This document shows, piece by piece, positions 48,443-58,669 of a stretch of 58,669 nt of DNA. Numbering within the stretch: the stretch's first letter is position 1; each line of letters opens with the position of its first letter. A program made the translations under genes and the position numbers. The stretch comes from Acidimicrobiia bacterium (GTDB lineage Bacteria > Actinomycetota > Acidimicrobiia > Spongiisociales > UBA5794): NCBI GenBank assembly GCA_030064765.1, contig JASJEG010000001.1, positions 1 to 58,669 of the forward strand, read 5' to 3'. Below the pieces are notes generated by a model, which was not told the origin of the DNA, did no database searches, and saw nothing but the letters and a program-made list of their open reading frames with translations.

Positions 48443-48733
48443 TTACTCCGCTCCGGGCTCGTCTGATCCGGGCTCCTCGGCGTCCTCCGCTGCAGCCTCA
48501 GTGCGGGTAATCGTCACCGTGCATTCAGTGACCAACGCCGCTACCGCGCCAATTGCGGCCGCCACCGGAGCGATCAACGCCCCAACCACGCCGATGGTCA
48601 ACGGTATCTCCAGCATGGTGCGCCCGTCGCCGCTCTTGATGGTGACTTGACGAACGTTGCCTTCTCTTATCAGTTCCCGCACCTTGCCCAGTAGCTCATC
48701 ACCCTTGACTCTGAACTCTTCGACCTGCTCCAC
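48443..48733 (-). CDS. DUF4342 domain protein
   Basis: EEFRVKGDELLGKVRELIREGNVRQVTIKSGDGRTMLEIPLTIGVVGALIAPVAAAIGAVAALVTECTVTI. Confidence 0.8.
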   Translation of the reverse strand: MEQVEEFRVKGDELLGKVRELIREGNVRQVTIKSGDGRTMLEIPLTIGVVGALIAPVAAAIGAVAALVTECTVTITRTEAAAEDAEEPGSDEPGAE

Positions 48734-48820
48734 ATAGCCTCCTCAGCCTGTCGCCCCAGAATCGCGCGAAGCGGGCGGTTACGCCAGCTAGCGTCGTGTT
48801 CTCACAACGCTTGGAGCACC

Positions 48821-49210
48821 ATGCCAGCGACAATCCCCGACGATGTCCGCGCCATGCTGCGCGAGCCGATCTTCTTTCACGTTGCGACCACCAACCCAGA
48901 TGGGTCCCCTCAACTCTCAGTGGTCTGGGCCGACCTCGACGGAGATCTGATCAGGTTCAGCACTGCAGAGGGTCGTGCCAAGCCCCGCAACTTGCGGCGA
49001 GACCCCCGGATTGCACTGTCCTTCACCGCACCCGACAACGACTACCGGAACATCGTGATCTACGGCAGAGCAGTGGAAATCGAGCAGCGCGGGATGGACC
49101 TGATCGACCACATGGCCCGCAAGTATCTGGGAGCAGACAAGTACGAGTGGCACCATCCCGGCCAGGTGCGCGTCGACATCGCGATGGCGGTAGACCGCGT
49201 GACCGGGTAG
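48821..49210 (+). CDS. PPOX-class (pyridoxamine 5'-phosphate oxidase-like, probable F420-dependent) protein
   Basis: FFHVATTNPDGSPQLSVVWADLDGDLIRFSTAEGRAKPRNLRRDPRIALSF. Confidence 0.8.
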   Translation: MPATIPDDVRAMLREPIFFHVATTNPDGSPQLSVVWADLDGDLIRFSTAEGRAKPRNLRRDPRIALSFTAPDNDYRNIVIYGRAVEIEQRGMDLIDHMARKYLGADKYEWHHPGQVRVDIAMAVDRVTG

Positions 49211-49215
49211 CTTCG

Positions 49216-50898
<1,683 letters not shown>

Positions 50899-51060
50899 GG
50901 GAGCAGGCTACCTGCCGGGGGCGCCCGATCAATCCGCGTGCTGCGGCAAAGCAACCACGCAGCGACAGGCCGATGTTGCATATGGCACGGCTTAGTTACA
51001 CTGCCGGGCTACCTGCTTCGCAGGTGGCTTTGACCAAAGCAATGTCGCTACGAGGCTTTC

Positions 51061-52062
51061 TTGACTACCGACACACCTCCACCCCTCCCTGCGCGCCGCG
51101 GACTGAGCACCGGGAAGAAGACCCTGCTCGGCTTGTTGATCGTGGCCGTGCTCGGCGTGTTCGGCGCGGTCGGCTACATCTACTACCTCGACTCGAAGAT
51201 CGAGAAGATCCCCGACGAGGCGCTGCCGTCGCTCGAGGAAGACATCGAACAAGGCTTCCGTAACATCCTCATCGTCGGATCTGACAGCCGGGAGGACCTG
51301 CCGGAGGGGTTTGAGAACTTCGGCAGCTTCGGCGGCGAACGCACCGACGTGATCATGGTCGCTCATATCGCTCCCGACGTAGGCGGACAACTCCTCAGCC
51401 TGCCGCGCGACCTCAAGGTCGCCATCCCCGGAGAGGGGACCAATCGCATCAACGCCGCGTTCGTCTTTGGTGGTCCGGACCTGCTGGTGCAGACGGTTCA
51501 GAACAACTTCGGAATCCCGATCCACCACTACGTGGAGATCGATTTCGGTGGTTTCGCCCGAGTCGTCGACGCCCTGGGAGGCGTGACGAAGACGTTCGAC
51601 CACCCGGCCCGCGACGCAAAGTCCGGCCTCGACGTCGACGCCGGCACGATCACCATGGATGGGGAAACGGCCCTCTCGTACGCCCGCTCCCGCAACTACC
51701 AGGAGTTGATCGATGGATCGTGGAAGTCGGTCAACGGCAGCGACATCGGCCGCACACATCGACAGCAGGAACTGCTGCTGTTGATGTTCGACCAGGCAAC
51801 CTCGCCCTCCAGCGCTTTCAATCTGCCCGGCTTTGCGGCGACGTTTGCGGAGCAGATCACGGCCGATGCCGGGTTCACCCCGGGGGTGATCCTCGACCTC
51901 GGCAGGTCGGCGCTAGGGCTCGATCGTGGCCAGATCTACACGATGACGCTCCCGGTTACCGGATCCACTGAGGGCGGCACCGCCTATGTGATTCCGATCG
52001 AACCGGACGCGACCTCGGTGCTCGATGCCTTCATCGCCGGCACGGTGTTCCCCGAGCTGTAG
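51061..52062 (+). CDS. LCP (LytR-CpsA-Psr) family cell-wall glycopolymer ligase
   Basis: N-terminal TM helix, then NILIVGSDSRED...RTDVIMVAHI...LSLPRDL...INAAF. TTG start. Confidence 0.85.
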   Translation: MTTDTPPPLPARRGLSTGKKTLLGLLIVAVLGVFGAVGYIYYLDSKIEKIPDEALPSLEEDIEQGFRNILIVGSDSREDLPEGFENFGSFGGERTDVIMVAHIAPDVGGQLLSLPRDLKVAIPGEGTNRINAAFVFGGPDLLVQTVQNNFGIPIHHYVEIDFGGFARVVDALGGVTKTFDHPARDAKSGLDVDAGTITMDGETALSYARSRNYQELIDGSWKSVNGSDIGRTHRQQELLLLMFDQATSPSSAFNLPGFAATFAEQITADAGFTPGVILDLGRSALGLDRGQIYTMTLPVTGSTEGGTAYVIPIEPDATSVLDAFIAGTVFPEL

Positions 52063-52074
52063 GCCAGGCTCGAT

Positions 52075-54813
52075 TCAGCAGGTCGCGGTCGCCCCGCCAT
52101 GAAGTCTGGTCACTCGACTGAGCACATCGCGCGGGTCCTCGTCGAGTTCGCCGTGCATGGAGGCGTAGTAGTCGGAGGCGTCGAGCGGGTCAGCCGGCTC
52201 GACGCGGAAGGTCCATCCTCCGTCGCACTCAGACAGGAATGAGTCAGGAAGGGTGACCCGATCACCGTACGCTACGACGAGATCTGCAACGCGAGAGCCC
52301 ACGCCAATCCCTTCCTCAGTTTCCAGGCCGGACTGCGTTACACCCCAGCCAACGAAGTGCGGAACACCGTCACTTCGGTAGTAGTTGCCATCACTCAGGA
52401 CCAAGTACAAACCGACCTGGTCCCAGTCGACGAGTCGGAAGAAGCGATTAGCCCCATAGCCGTACGGCATCGCCGTCTGCTCTGCGACGGGATCTATGAA
52501 TATGTCGCGGTCTGGAGAGCCGAGTAGCGATATCACTGTCTCGACGACAAGTTCGGCAGGGTCTCCAAACGAAGCTGTTCCCAAACCATCGGGCCGTAGC
52601 ACAAGTTCGGATCTGGCGGGTGTCGTCGGCTCTTGCCGCATCAGCGCTACTCCGCCATCCACCTGGACAGGTTCACGCAGGCCCCAGGTGTCGTAGATGG
52701 TCACAGTCTTGGCGTCGACCCAATCTCCCTGCTCGACGGCAACGAAACGACCGTCGAAATCGATGACGAAGGTCCGGGCGGGTGCGGTGACACGAAACAC
52801 CTCATGGCCTGTGTCGAGGTCCATGACGACGACGTCGGCGAGGATCTCCTGAGTCTCACTCCACCACTCATCCCGTTGTCCACACATCAGACGCCCGTCG
52901 CTATCCGATGGGGCATCCGCACGGTGGGAGTACGCCAGGAGACGGCCGTCAGGGGAGATCGCCGCGCTCAGTTCACACGGGTGGCACGGCTCAGCGACGG
53001 GATTGTGTGGGTGCTGGATGCGGTTCCCATCGCCGTCCCATAGGGAGATGACTCTGTCCGAGTAGCCGCACCCGGCCGCAACACCGTCCACCCCGACAAA
53101 CAAACCCTCGCCGTACGATTGTGGGTAGCTCCAGGCTTCCAGAACGAACCCGATATCGGGCACCCGTCGCTCGTAACCGGAGCGGAGACCCACCAACAAC
53201 ATGTCCGCGGCCTCATCGGCATAGTTCACGTCGGGGACAATCACCACAGCAGTTGGCTCACCCTCGATGTGCGCAACGAAGCGCAAGTCGTGGAGCAGAT
53301 TGTCGGTCGAGCCGTCCGCCCTCAGCCAGTCGGTCGTTTCGGGATCGAGTTGCGAGCGCCACCGGTAGATGACGCCGCCCATCAGGTCATCAGCGGCCCA
53401 CGTCACCGGGTGGGCATCGAGCTGAGTTTCGGATCCGTGCGCCACGCGGTACAGCCCGTCGTCGCCGAAGCGGTAGTAGCTGGGTCCGTCGACAGCGGCG
53501 GTCGCCACATACCTGGGGTAGCAGTCAGTGTCGAGCGCTTCGCAGTATGCGACGGCTTCATCCTGGGTTAGGAAGTGCCCGGTGAACACAGCCCAATAGC
53601 CCGGATTCAGGCTGACAAACCCATCGGACCACAGGACTCCTGTCTCGACGGCATGTTGCGCCGCGAGCTCGGCGGCGATGTGCTGGGCCGCGTCGTAGTC
53701 CGTGGTGGTGTTGTCAAGCGAGGCGAGCATCACCGTCCAGAACGGTGACGGTCCGGTCAGAGCGGGTGGTGCAGTGAAGCTCTCGCCGCTCTCGATGTCG
53801 AACAACTCGCGGCCCGTACGTGTAGCCACCGTCGCAATGCGACCGTCGAACCCGGTCAACTCGGCATCTGCGACAACATCGGTTCGGAACACCTCGACGC
53901 CGGTCGCCATGTCCACGACCACAACTTGGGTCGGGATGTCTTGTTGCTGTTCCCGCCACTCGCGATAGGCACGCGTGTAATCGCCGTCGAATGGCTCCGG
54001 CGGTTCAGAAAACGCAGTCGGCCAGAGCGAGTACGCCAGGAGCGCTCCGTCCGAAGACAGTCGTGCGGACATTCGGCACGGGTGACACGACTCTTCAAAT
54101 GGGTTGTGTTTCACCGTGATTTCCTGACCTGCGAGGTCATAGAAGCGCAGAACGCTGGTGCCCGAACCAATGAGTTGCCACCGGCCCAACGACAAAAAGA
54201 GACCTCCGCCAAACGAGGTGATTTCGCGCCACGCGTCCGAGCTGAACTCGCGGCACATGAGGAACTCCTCGGCTCCGGTCGTCAGGTCCCGGATCGAGAG
54301 TTCCTCCATGAACTCCTGGTTCTCGCACCGAGTCATGTTCTCGGAGCTTCTCGATACCAGAGCTGTAGGTCGACCGTCGAGGAGAAAGAAGAAGCCGTTG
54401 GGGATGTCGGTCGGACGGTCGGCGCCCGCAGGTAGCCACGCCTGACCCGGCTGCGCGGCAACCGACTCGAAGACGATTCCTCCGGCGCCGTCGTCGGCTG
54501 CCCACCGCACCGGCTCGGCAAGCAGGAATTCCGGTCCTTCGGGGTGAACTCGGGTGACACCCTCCCAGCCATACACCAGATAGGACGGTGCTGCGACATC
54601 GGTAGCTGACGTGGAGGACTGGGTGTCAGCTGGAGCCTCGGTGGGTTCAGGAACCGTTGCGTCAGCAAGAGTGGTCGACGGTGGAAGTGGCGGTGCGGCC
54701 GAGATTGCGGTGTCCTCGGCCGAAGTACTACAGGCAGCACCGATCAGCATTGCCATGAGAAGCCAAGTGAGCATCCGACGCGGCCGGCAGCCGGACGACG
54801 CAGCGCTCAACAT
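52075..54813 (-). CDS. Large secreted lipoprotein (912 aa): two beta-propeller-like modules, a SPOR-like insert and a conserved C-terminal domain
   Basis: Lipobox LIGAAC. Internal duplication. The motif NP.[EA]E[SP]CHPC...S.DG.LLAYS occurs twice. The middle segment GYWAVFTGHFLTQDEAVAYCE is SPOR-like. It is a paralog of the upstream gene. Confidence 0.7.
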   Translation of the reverse strand: MLSAASSGCRPRRMLTWLLMAMLIGAACSTSAEDTAISAAPPLPPSTTLADATVPEPTEAPADTQSSTSATDVAAPSYLVYGWEGVTRVHPEGPEFLLAEPVRWAADDGAGGIVFESVAAQPGQAWLPAGADRPTDIPNGFFFLLDGRPTALVSRSSENMTRCENQEFMEELSIRDLTTGAEEFLMCREFSSDAWREITSFGGGLFLSLGRWQLIGSGTSVLRFYDLAGQEITVKHNPFEESCHPCRMSARLSSDGALLAYSLWPTAFSEPPEPFDGDYTRAYREWREQQQDIPTQVVVVDMATGVEVFRTDVVADAELTGFDGRIATVATRTGRELFDIESGESFTAPPALTGPSPFWTVMLASLDNTTTDYDAAQHIAAELAAQHAVETGVLWSDGFVSLNPGYWAVFTGHFLTQDEAVAYCEALDTDCYPRYVATAAVDGPSYYRFGDDGLYRVAHGSETQLDAHPVTWAADDLMGGVIYRWRSQLDPETTDWLRADGSTDNLLHDLRFVAHIEGEPTAVVIVPDVNYADEAADMLLVGLRSGYERRVPDIGFVLEAWSYPQSYGEGLFVGVDGVAAGCGYSDRVISLWDGDGNRIQHPHNPVAEPCHPCELSAAISPDGRLLAYSHRADAPSDSDGRLMCGQRDEWWSETQEILADVVVMDLDTGHEVFRVTAPARTFVIDFDGRFVAVEQGDWVDAKTVTIYDTWGLREPVQVDGGVALMRQEPTTPARSELVLRPDGLGTASFGDPAELVVETVISLLGSPDRDIFIDPVAEQTAMPYGYGANRFFRLVDWDQVGLYLVLSDGNYYRSDGVPHFVGWGVTQSGLETEEGIGVGSRVADLVVAYGDRVTLPDSFLSECDGGWTFRVEPADPLDASDYYASMHGELDEDPRDVLSRVTRLHGGATATC

Positions 54814-57314
54814 GGTGAGCGATCCCAGCCGGCGCCGATGTACACGATCGTCGTATCGTCGGTTGCGGGCTCACCTGAAAGCAGGCCCCAGATCGGAAGC
54901 TGCAACCACCCCTCCGGTGGATCGATGAGGAAGGTGCCTTGAGAAAAGCCGCAATCTTCGTCAAAGAGCTGCACGCTTGGGTAGGCCGACCTGAGGTCGT
55001 ACACCGTATCTCCTACTGCGATACCGGCCTCGGTGGAGTAGGCGTCGGACTTGGCCAAGTAATAGTGAAAGACCGGCCCCGCCGGCATCGGTTCGGGTGG
55101 CTGGGGAGCGGCATCGAAGTAGTCCCAGAAGGTGAACTGCAGGTAAAGGAACGGGTGGTTCCACTGCACCGATACATCGACCTCTGGGGAGTTTTGGGAT
55201 TCGACAACGTCCGGTGGGCCGAGCAGTTCGGTGAGCACTGCCATAACGTCATCGACGGGGTCGCCAAATGACACGACACCCAAACCGTCGTGGCGCAAGA
55301 CAAGGTTCGGCGTCTGTCGGATCAGTGCGACATCGCCGTCAACCTCGACCGGTTCGTGCACCCCCCAGGTGTCATAGACAACGCTCCCTTTTGCCCCGAA
55401 GTCGACGGCATAGCTCGGCCCGACCACCAGGTAGCGCCCGTCGAAGTCAGCGAGTCGGACCCCAGGATCGAGCTTCTTGTTCCAAAGCTCTCTGCCGCTG
55501 GACATGTCGACTACCGCAACCTCAACCGGAACGTTCTCGGCCGTCGCTCTCCAGGTCTCGTAGGCGGATTCGTAGTCAACGGCGGGCAGGGGCCAGAAAG
55601 CCGTCGGCCACAGGGAGTAGGCCAAGAGCGCACCGTCGTCTGAAATCTCGACACCCAGATGGCACGGTAGACAAGGCTCTGGAACCGGGTTAGCACCCAC
55701 CGTTACCTCGTTGCCGGATAGATCCTGGAACACGAGACGTCTGTCCGTCGACATGGCCCACTCCACGCCGACGAGCAGGTTGCCGCCAAGGGAGGTGAAC
55801 CACCGACCTCCGTCGGGCCCTTCTTCATGGCAGAAGAGGAAGGTTTGCTCATCGGCCACCAGGTCGTGGAGCACTACCGGGCCGCCAAAGTCGTAGTCAG
55901 GGCAGACCTCCCACTCGGGGTCGGACAAGCTGGCAACAAGCACCGGCCGGCCATCCACTAGTGACGCATCCCATACGCCCTCCACGGGAAGGAGTTCGGG
56001 ATCAGCCGCACCGGCCCCGAGCCAAAGAACGTCACTTGACACGTCGTAGGGCCGACGGAACACAACACCGCCCATCAGGTCATCCATGGCCCAGATGATC
56101 GGCTGGGTCTCGAGCTGCGTTTCTACGCCTTCGACTACCCGGTACAACCCATCGTCGCCGTACCGGTAGTAGCTGGGTCCGTCTCCAACCTGGACCGGGA
56201 CTGCAATGTCCGTAGGCGTATCGACAAAGCGCGCCCTCCCGGCGATAGGCAGCGCGACGGGATCCGACTCGGGGGCATTGAGGTCGAACACAAGGGTTTG
56301 CTGGCTGTTGTGGTCCCCAAACGTTGCCAGGGCTCTAGTTGCGGAAAGGTCGATGTCTCTCAGAGCGCCGACGCTTCCGGGCACGATGAACGTGGTTGTC
56401 CCGGTATCCGCAATGAGGTCCCAGAGCCGGAGCACGGGCGGTTGGAGATCGTTGTCTTGGAACTCCGCAACACTGAATGCAAGGTGCTGGCCGTCTGGAG
56501 ACAACCGGCACCCTCTCACATAGTCCTCCGACGTCGGGTCGCTGGCCTCCCCAGGAACGAGCCCTGTCGGTTGGCCGTCCAGATCGAATATGAAGCATCC
56601 CGAGCCGATTTGCTGGAACCACACGCCGGCAATCAGCTCACCATTGGTCGACACATCGCCGTAGCCCTGTTCCCAAGCTCCCTGCGCGTAGAGGTCGATC
56701 ACTTGCCGAGCCGGAACATCGAATCTTCGCAACCGATCGATCATGTCGTCGACGGCCGGAGGTGAACCCTCGTGACGGGAATAGAGAACCGCAAAGCCGT
56801 CGTCGGTTGCATATGCGTCGTGAAGACTCAGCCAGTGATTGGCGCCAGGGGTAGGAACCAGTAGCTCTTGCGGTCTCGAGGCCCCCCCTGGGATCCACCA
56901 CACGATGGTCGACCACTCGGTCTCTTCGTCCCAGTTGCGGCCCCGGTCGACCTGAAAAAGCAACCCGCCCTGTGTGTCATCCACTGCATACGCAACTGGT
57001 CCCGATACAAGCAGCGTTACATCGCCCTCGGGGCCGATCTGATAGACGCCGTCATCAGCGGTGACCAGTACGGTCTCACCGATCCCCGCTACCGACACAA
57101 CAGGGGCAACCGTGCTCGTGGTCGTTGTCGTCACACTCGGTGAAGGCGGAGCAGTGGTGCTGCTCACCGGCGCAGCAGCCACAGTGGTCGATGTGGTGCT
57201 CGTGGTCTGAACAGAGTCCTCATCGCCGCTGCAGGCTGATAGGACGAGCAAGAACGCCGTGGTCGCAACCAACAACTCACGCAAACCGACACAACGGTTG
57301 CGCATGCCGTTCAC
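54807..57314 (-). CDS. Large secreted lipoprotein (835 aa), paralog of the 52075-54813 gene
   Basis: Lipobox LLVLSACSG. Segments shared with the paralog: PSYYRYGDDGLYRVVEGVETQL...WAMDDLMGGVVFR, NPVPEPCLPCH...SDDGALLAYSLWPTAF, and the C-terminal LVLRHDGLGVVSFGDP... domain. Its stop overlaps the downstream start (ATGTTGA). Confidence 0.7.
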   Translation of the reverse strand: MNGMRNRCVGLRELLVATTAFLLVLSACSGDEDSVQTTSTTSTTVAAAPVSSTTAPPSPSVTTTTTSTVAPVVSVAGIGETVLVTADDGVYQIGPEGDVTLLVSGPVAYAVDDTQGGLLFQVDRGRNWDEETEWSTIVWWIPGGASRPQELLVPTPGANHWLSLHDAYATDDGFAVLYSRHEGSPPAVDDMIDRLRRFDVPARQVIDLYAQGAWEQGYGDVSTNGELIAGVWFQQIGSGCFIFDLDGQPTGLVPGEASDPTSEDYVRGCRLSPDGQHLAFSVAEFQDNDLQPPVLRLWDLIADTGTTTFIVPGSVGALRDIDLSATRALATFGDHNSQQTLVFDLNAPESDPVALPIAGRARFVDTPTDIAVPVQVGDGPSYYRYGDDGLYRVVEGVETQLETQPIIWAMDDLMGGVVFRRPYDVSSDVLWLGAGAADPELLPVEGVWDASLVDGRPVLVASLSDPEWEVCPDYDFGGPVVLHDLVADEQTFLFCHEEGPDGGRWFTSLGGNLLVGVEWAMSTDRRLVFQDLSGNEVTVGANPVPEPCLPCHLGVEISDDGALLAYSLWPTAFWPLPAVDYESAYETWRATAENVPVEVAVVDMSSGRELWNKKLDPGVRLADFDGRYLVVGPSYAVDFGAKGSVVYDTWGVHEPVEVDGDVALIRQTPNLVLRHDGLGVVSFGDPVDDVMAVLTELLGPPDVVESQNSPEVDVSVQWNHPFLYLQFTFWDYFDAAPQPPEPMPAGPVFHYYLAKSDAYSTEAGIAVGDTVYDLRSAYPSVQLFDEDCGFSQGTFLIDPPEGWLQLPIWGLLSGEPATDDTTIVYIGAGWDRSPC

Positions 57315-57496
57315 CTCATTCGAACCCGAACCCTGCTACCGAAGTTGTCATTGGCGTCTTCGTTAGGTAACGGTTTGCCATGGGAATCCGTTCCAGCGGT
57401 ACCCATCCGACTAGGCGCAACCGCGCCGGTGGCCTTCCTGCCAAATATTACAGGTCACGCCCGGCACCTGAGGAGGGAAACGATCTCCCTCGAGGC

Positions 57497-58669
57497 TCAC
57501 CGGAGCTGTGCCATCTCCTCGACCACCGCCACCAGTCGGTCGATTTCGTCCTCCGTGTTGAAGTAGTGAACCGATGCCCGCACCACCTCGGTGAGCCCGC
57601 GCTGCTCCATGTCGATTCGGGCCGAGTACACCGAGGCAACCGAGGTGTTGATCCGCATCCGCAGCAGCTCATCTTTCACTTGCGATGCGTCGACCCCGGC
57701 AACGCCGAAAGTCACGATGCCGCCTTTGACTGTGCCCTTGTCATGCACTGTGACCCCGTCAACCTGCGACAGGGCAGCTCGCAGGATCGCGGCCAGTGAC
57801 GCCACCCGCTCCCAGATGGCGCCGAGTCCGACGCCGAGGGCGTAGTCGCAGGCTGCAGCCAGGCCGAGCCGCAGCGCCGGGCTCGATTCCCAGGTTTCGA
57901 AGCGCTTGGCGTCTTTCCGGACTTCGTAGCGACCGGTCTCTACCCAGCGGGCCCCGTGCAGATCGAGCATTGCCGGCTCCAAGGACTCGATCATCGTGTC
58001 CCGCACGTAGAGAAAGCCCACCCCGCGCGGACCCCGCACGAACTTGCGGCTGGTCGCCGAGAGCATGTCGCACCCGATCTCATCGACGTCGATCGGCATC
58101 TGTCCGACCGACTGACAGGCGTCGAGCAGAAAAGGCACCCCGGCGTCCCTGGCGATGCTGCCGACGGCAGCAGCCGGGTTCACCAGCCCGCTGTTGGTGG
58201 GGACGTGGTTCATCGAGATCAGCTTTGTCTGATCGTCGAGCATGGCTTCGAGAGCTTCGAGATCAACCGTTCCGGATTCATCATCTGGGACCAGCTCGAT
58301 GATCGCCCCGGTCCTCGCCGCTACCTGCAAGTAGGCGATGAAGTTGGCGGCATACTCCGTGGTCGTCGTGAGGATGCGATCGCCGGCAGCAAGAGGGAGC
58401 GAATAGAACGCCATGTCCCAGGCCCGGGTGGCGTTGTCGACCAGAGCGATTTCGTCTTCGTGCGCACCGACCAGACCCGCCACCGACCGATAGACCGATG
58501 CGATCTCGTCGCCACGCCGGTCCGCCAACTCGTAGCCCCCGACGATGGATTCCTCGCGCAGGTACTCGACAACAGTGTCGACGACCACGGCTGGGGGCAA
58601 TGAAGCTCCGGCGTTGTTGAAGTGCGCAACCTCGGCACAACCCGGGGTGTCGGCTCGTACGCGGGCCAA
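57497..58669 (-). CDS. Class V aminotransferase-fold PLP enzyme (cysteine desulfurase/epimerase-like); 5' end probably beyond the window
   Basis: HFNNAGASLPP...SMNHVPTNSGLVNP...SATSRKFVRGPRGVGFLYV (PLP-lysine context). Confidence 0.8.
   Translation of the reverse strand: MARVRADTPGCAEVAHFNNAGASLPPAVVVDTVVEYLREESIVGGYELADRRGDEIASVYRSVAGLVGAHEDEIALVDNATRAWDMAFYSLPLAAGDRILTTTTEYAANFIAYLQVAARTGAIIELVPDDESGTVDLEALEAMLDDQTKLISMNHVPTNSGLVNPAAAVGSIARDAGVPFLLDACQSVGQMPIDVDEIGCDMLSATSRKFVRGPRGVGFLYVRDTMIESLEPAMLDLHGARWVETGRYEVRKDAKRFETWESSPALRLGLAAACDYALGVGLGAIWERVASLAAILRAALSQVDGVTVHDKGTVKGGIVTFGVAGVDASQVKDELLRMRINTSVASVYSARIDMEQRGLTEVVRASVHYFNTEDEIDRLVAVVEEMAQLR

Noticed and set aside
47841-48650. 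A 269-aa plus-strand ORF spanning the SelW-like and DUF4342 loci.
   Set aside because: It is antisense to two genes with clear family signatures, is Ser/Pro/Ala-rich, and reads straight through the repeat element.
50902-51025. Short direct repeats GGCTACCTGC and CTGCCGGG, plus the mini-palindrome ACCTGC-TTC-GCAGGT, in the ilvD/LCP divergent region.
   Set aside because: Only 8-10 nt matches in GC-rich DNA. This is not distinguishable from chance without comparative data.
57301-57360. A tRNA-like T-loop string (minus strand GGGTTCGAATGAGG).
   Set aside because: The flanking bases do not form a T-stem, and no acceptor or anticodon arms can be drawn. It lies in the 5' leader of the 835-aa gene.

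Overview
High-GC, densely coding chromosomal segment. The gene set and motifs look actinobacterial, possibly Acidimicrobiia-like; that placement is inference only. I support about 55 protein genes. I found no rRNA, tRNA, CRISPR array, transposase, integrase or phage gene. Content is mostly housekeeping and cell envelope: lgt and lnt, a GT2+GT87 pair, a purA-purD-purB operon, ilvD, two amino-acid ABC importers, a MacB/FtsX-type ABC with a peptidoglycan-binding adaptor, an Amidase_2 gene, an LCP ligase, a rhomboid protease, a truncated hemoglobin, and TetR/PadR/ArsR regulators. Many long ORFs in the supplied track are Arg/Pro/Gly-rich shadow frames lying opposite real genes, as expected at this GC content. 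Observations worth follow-up: (1) A SelW/Rdx-like gene (48009-48245, minus strand) that the track truncates. Its conserved CxxU redox motif is encoded with an in-frame TGA, followed at once by a SECIS-like hairpin. (2) A family of about 50-bp nested-hairpin intergenic repeats with outer arms GTTCTTGCG/CGCAAGAAC. There are four clear copies, two of them bracketing ybaK, plus one diverged copy. The inner stems differ in sequence but stay complementary. (3) A PadR gene translationally coupled to a DUF1700-like::NfeD fusion, followed by an SPFH/stomatin gene. (4) Two tandem, overlapping, internally duplicated genes for giant lipoproteins (912 and 835 aa) with a recurring C-[HL]-P-C motif, next to the LCP gene. 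(5) A chimeric protein combining an E3-binding (PSBD) domain, acidic tandem repeats and a degenerate PD-(D/E)XK-like domain, with an unlisted 43-aa Cys-rich ORF upstream. (6) An eight-gene same-strand envelope block that joins the ABC system to a peptidoglycan amidase. All functional calls come from by-eye motif recognition; no database search was run.
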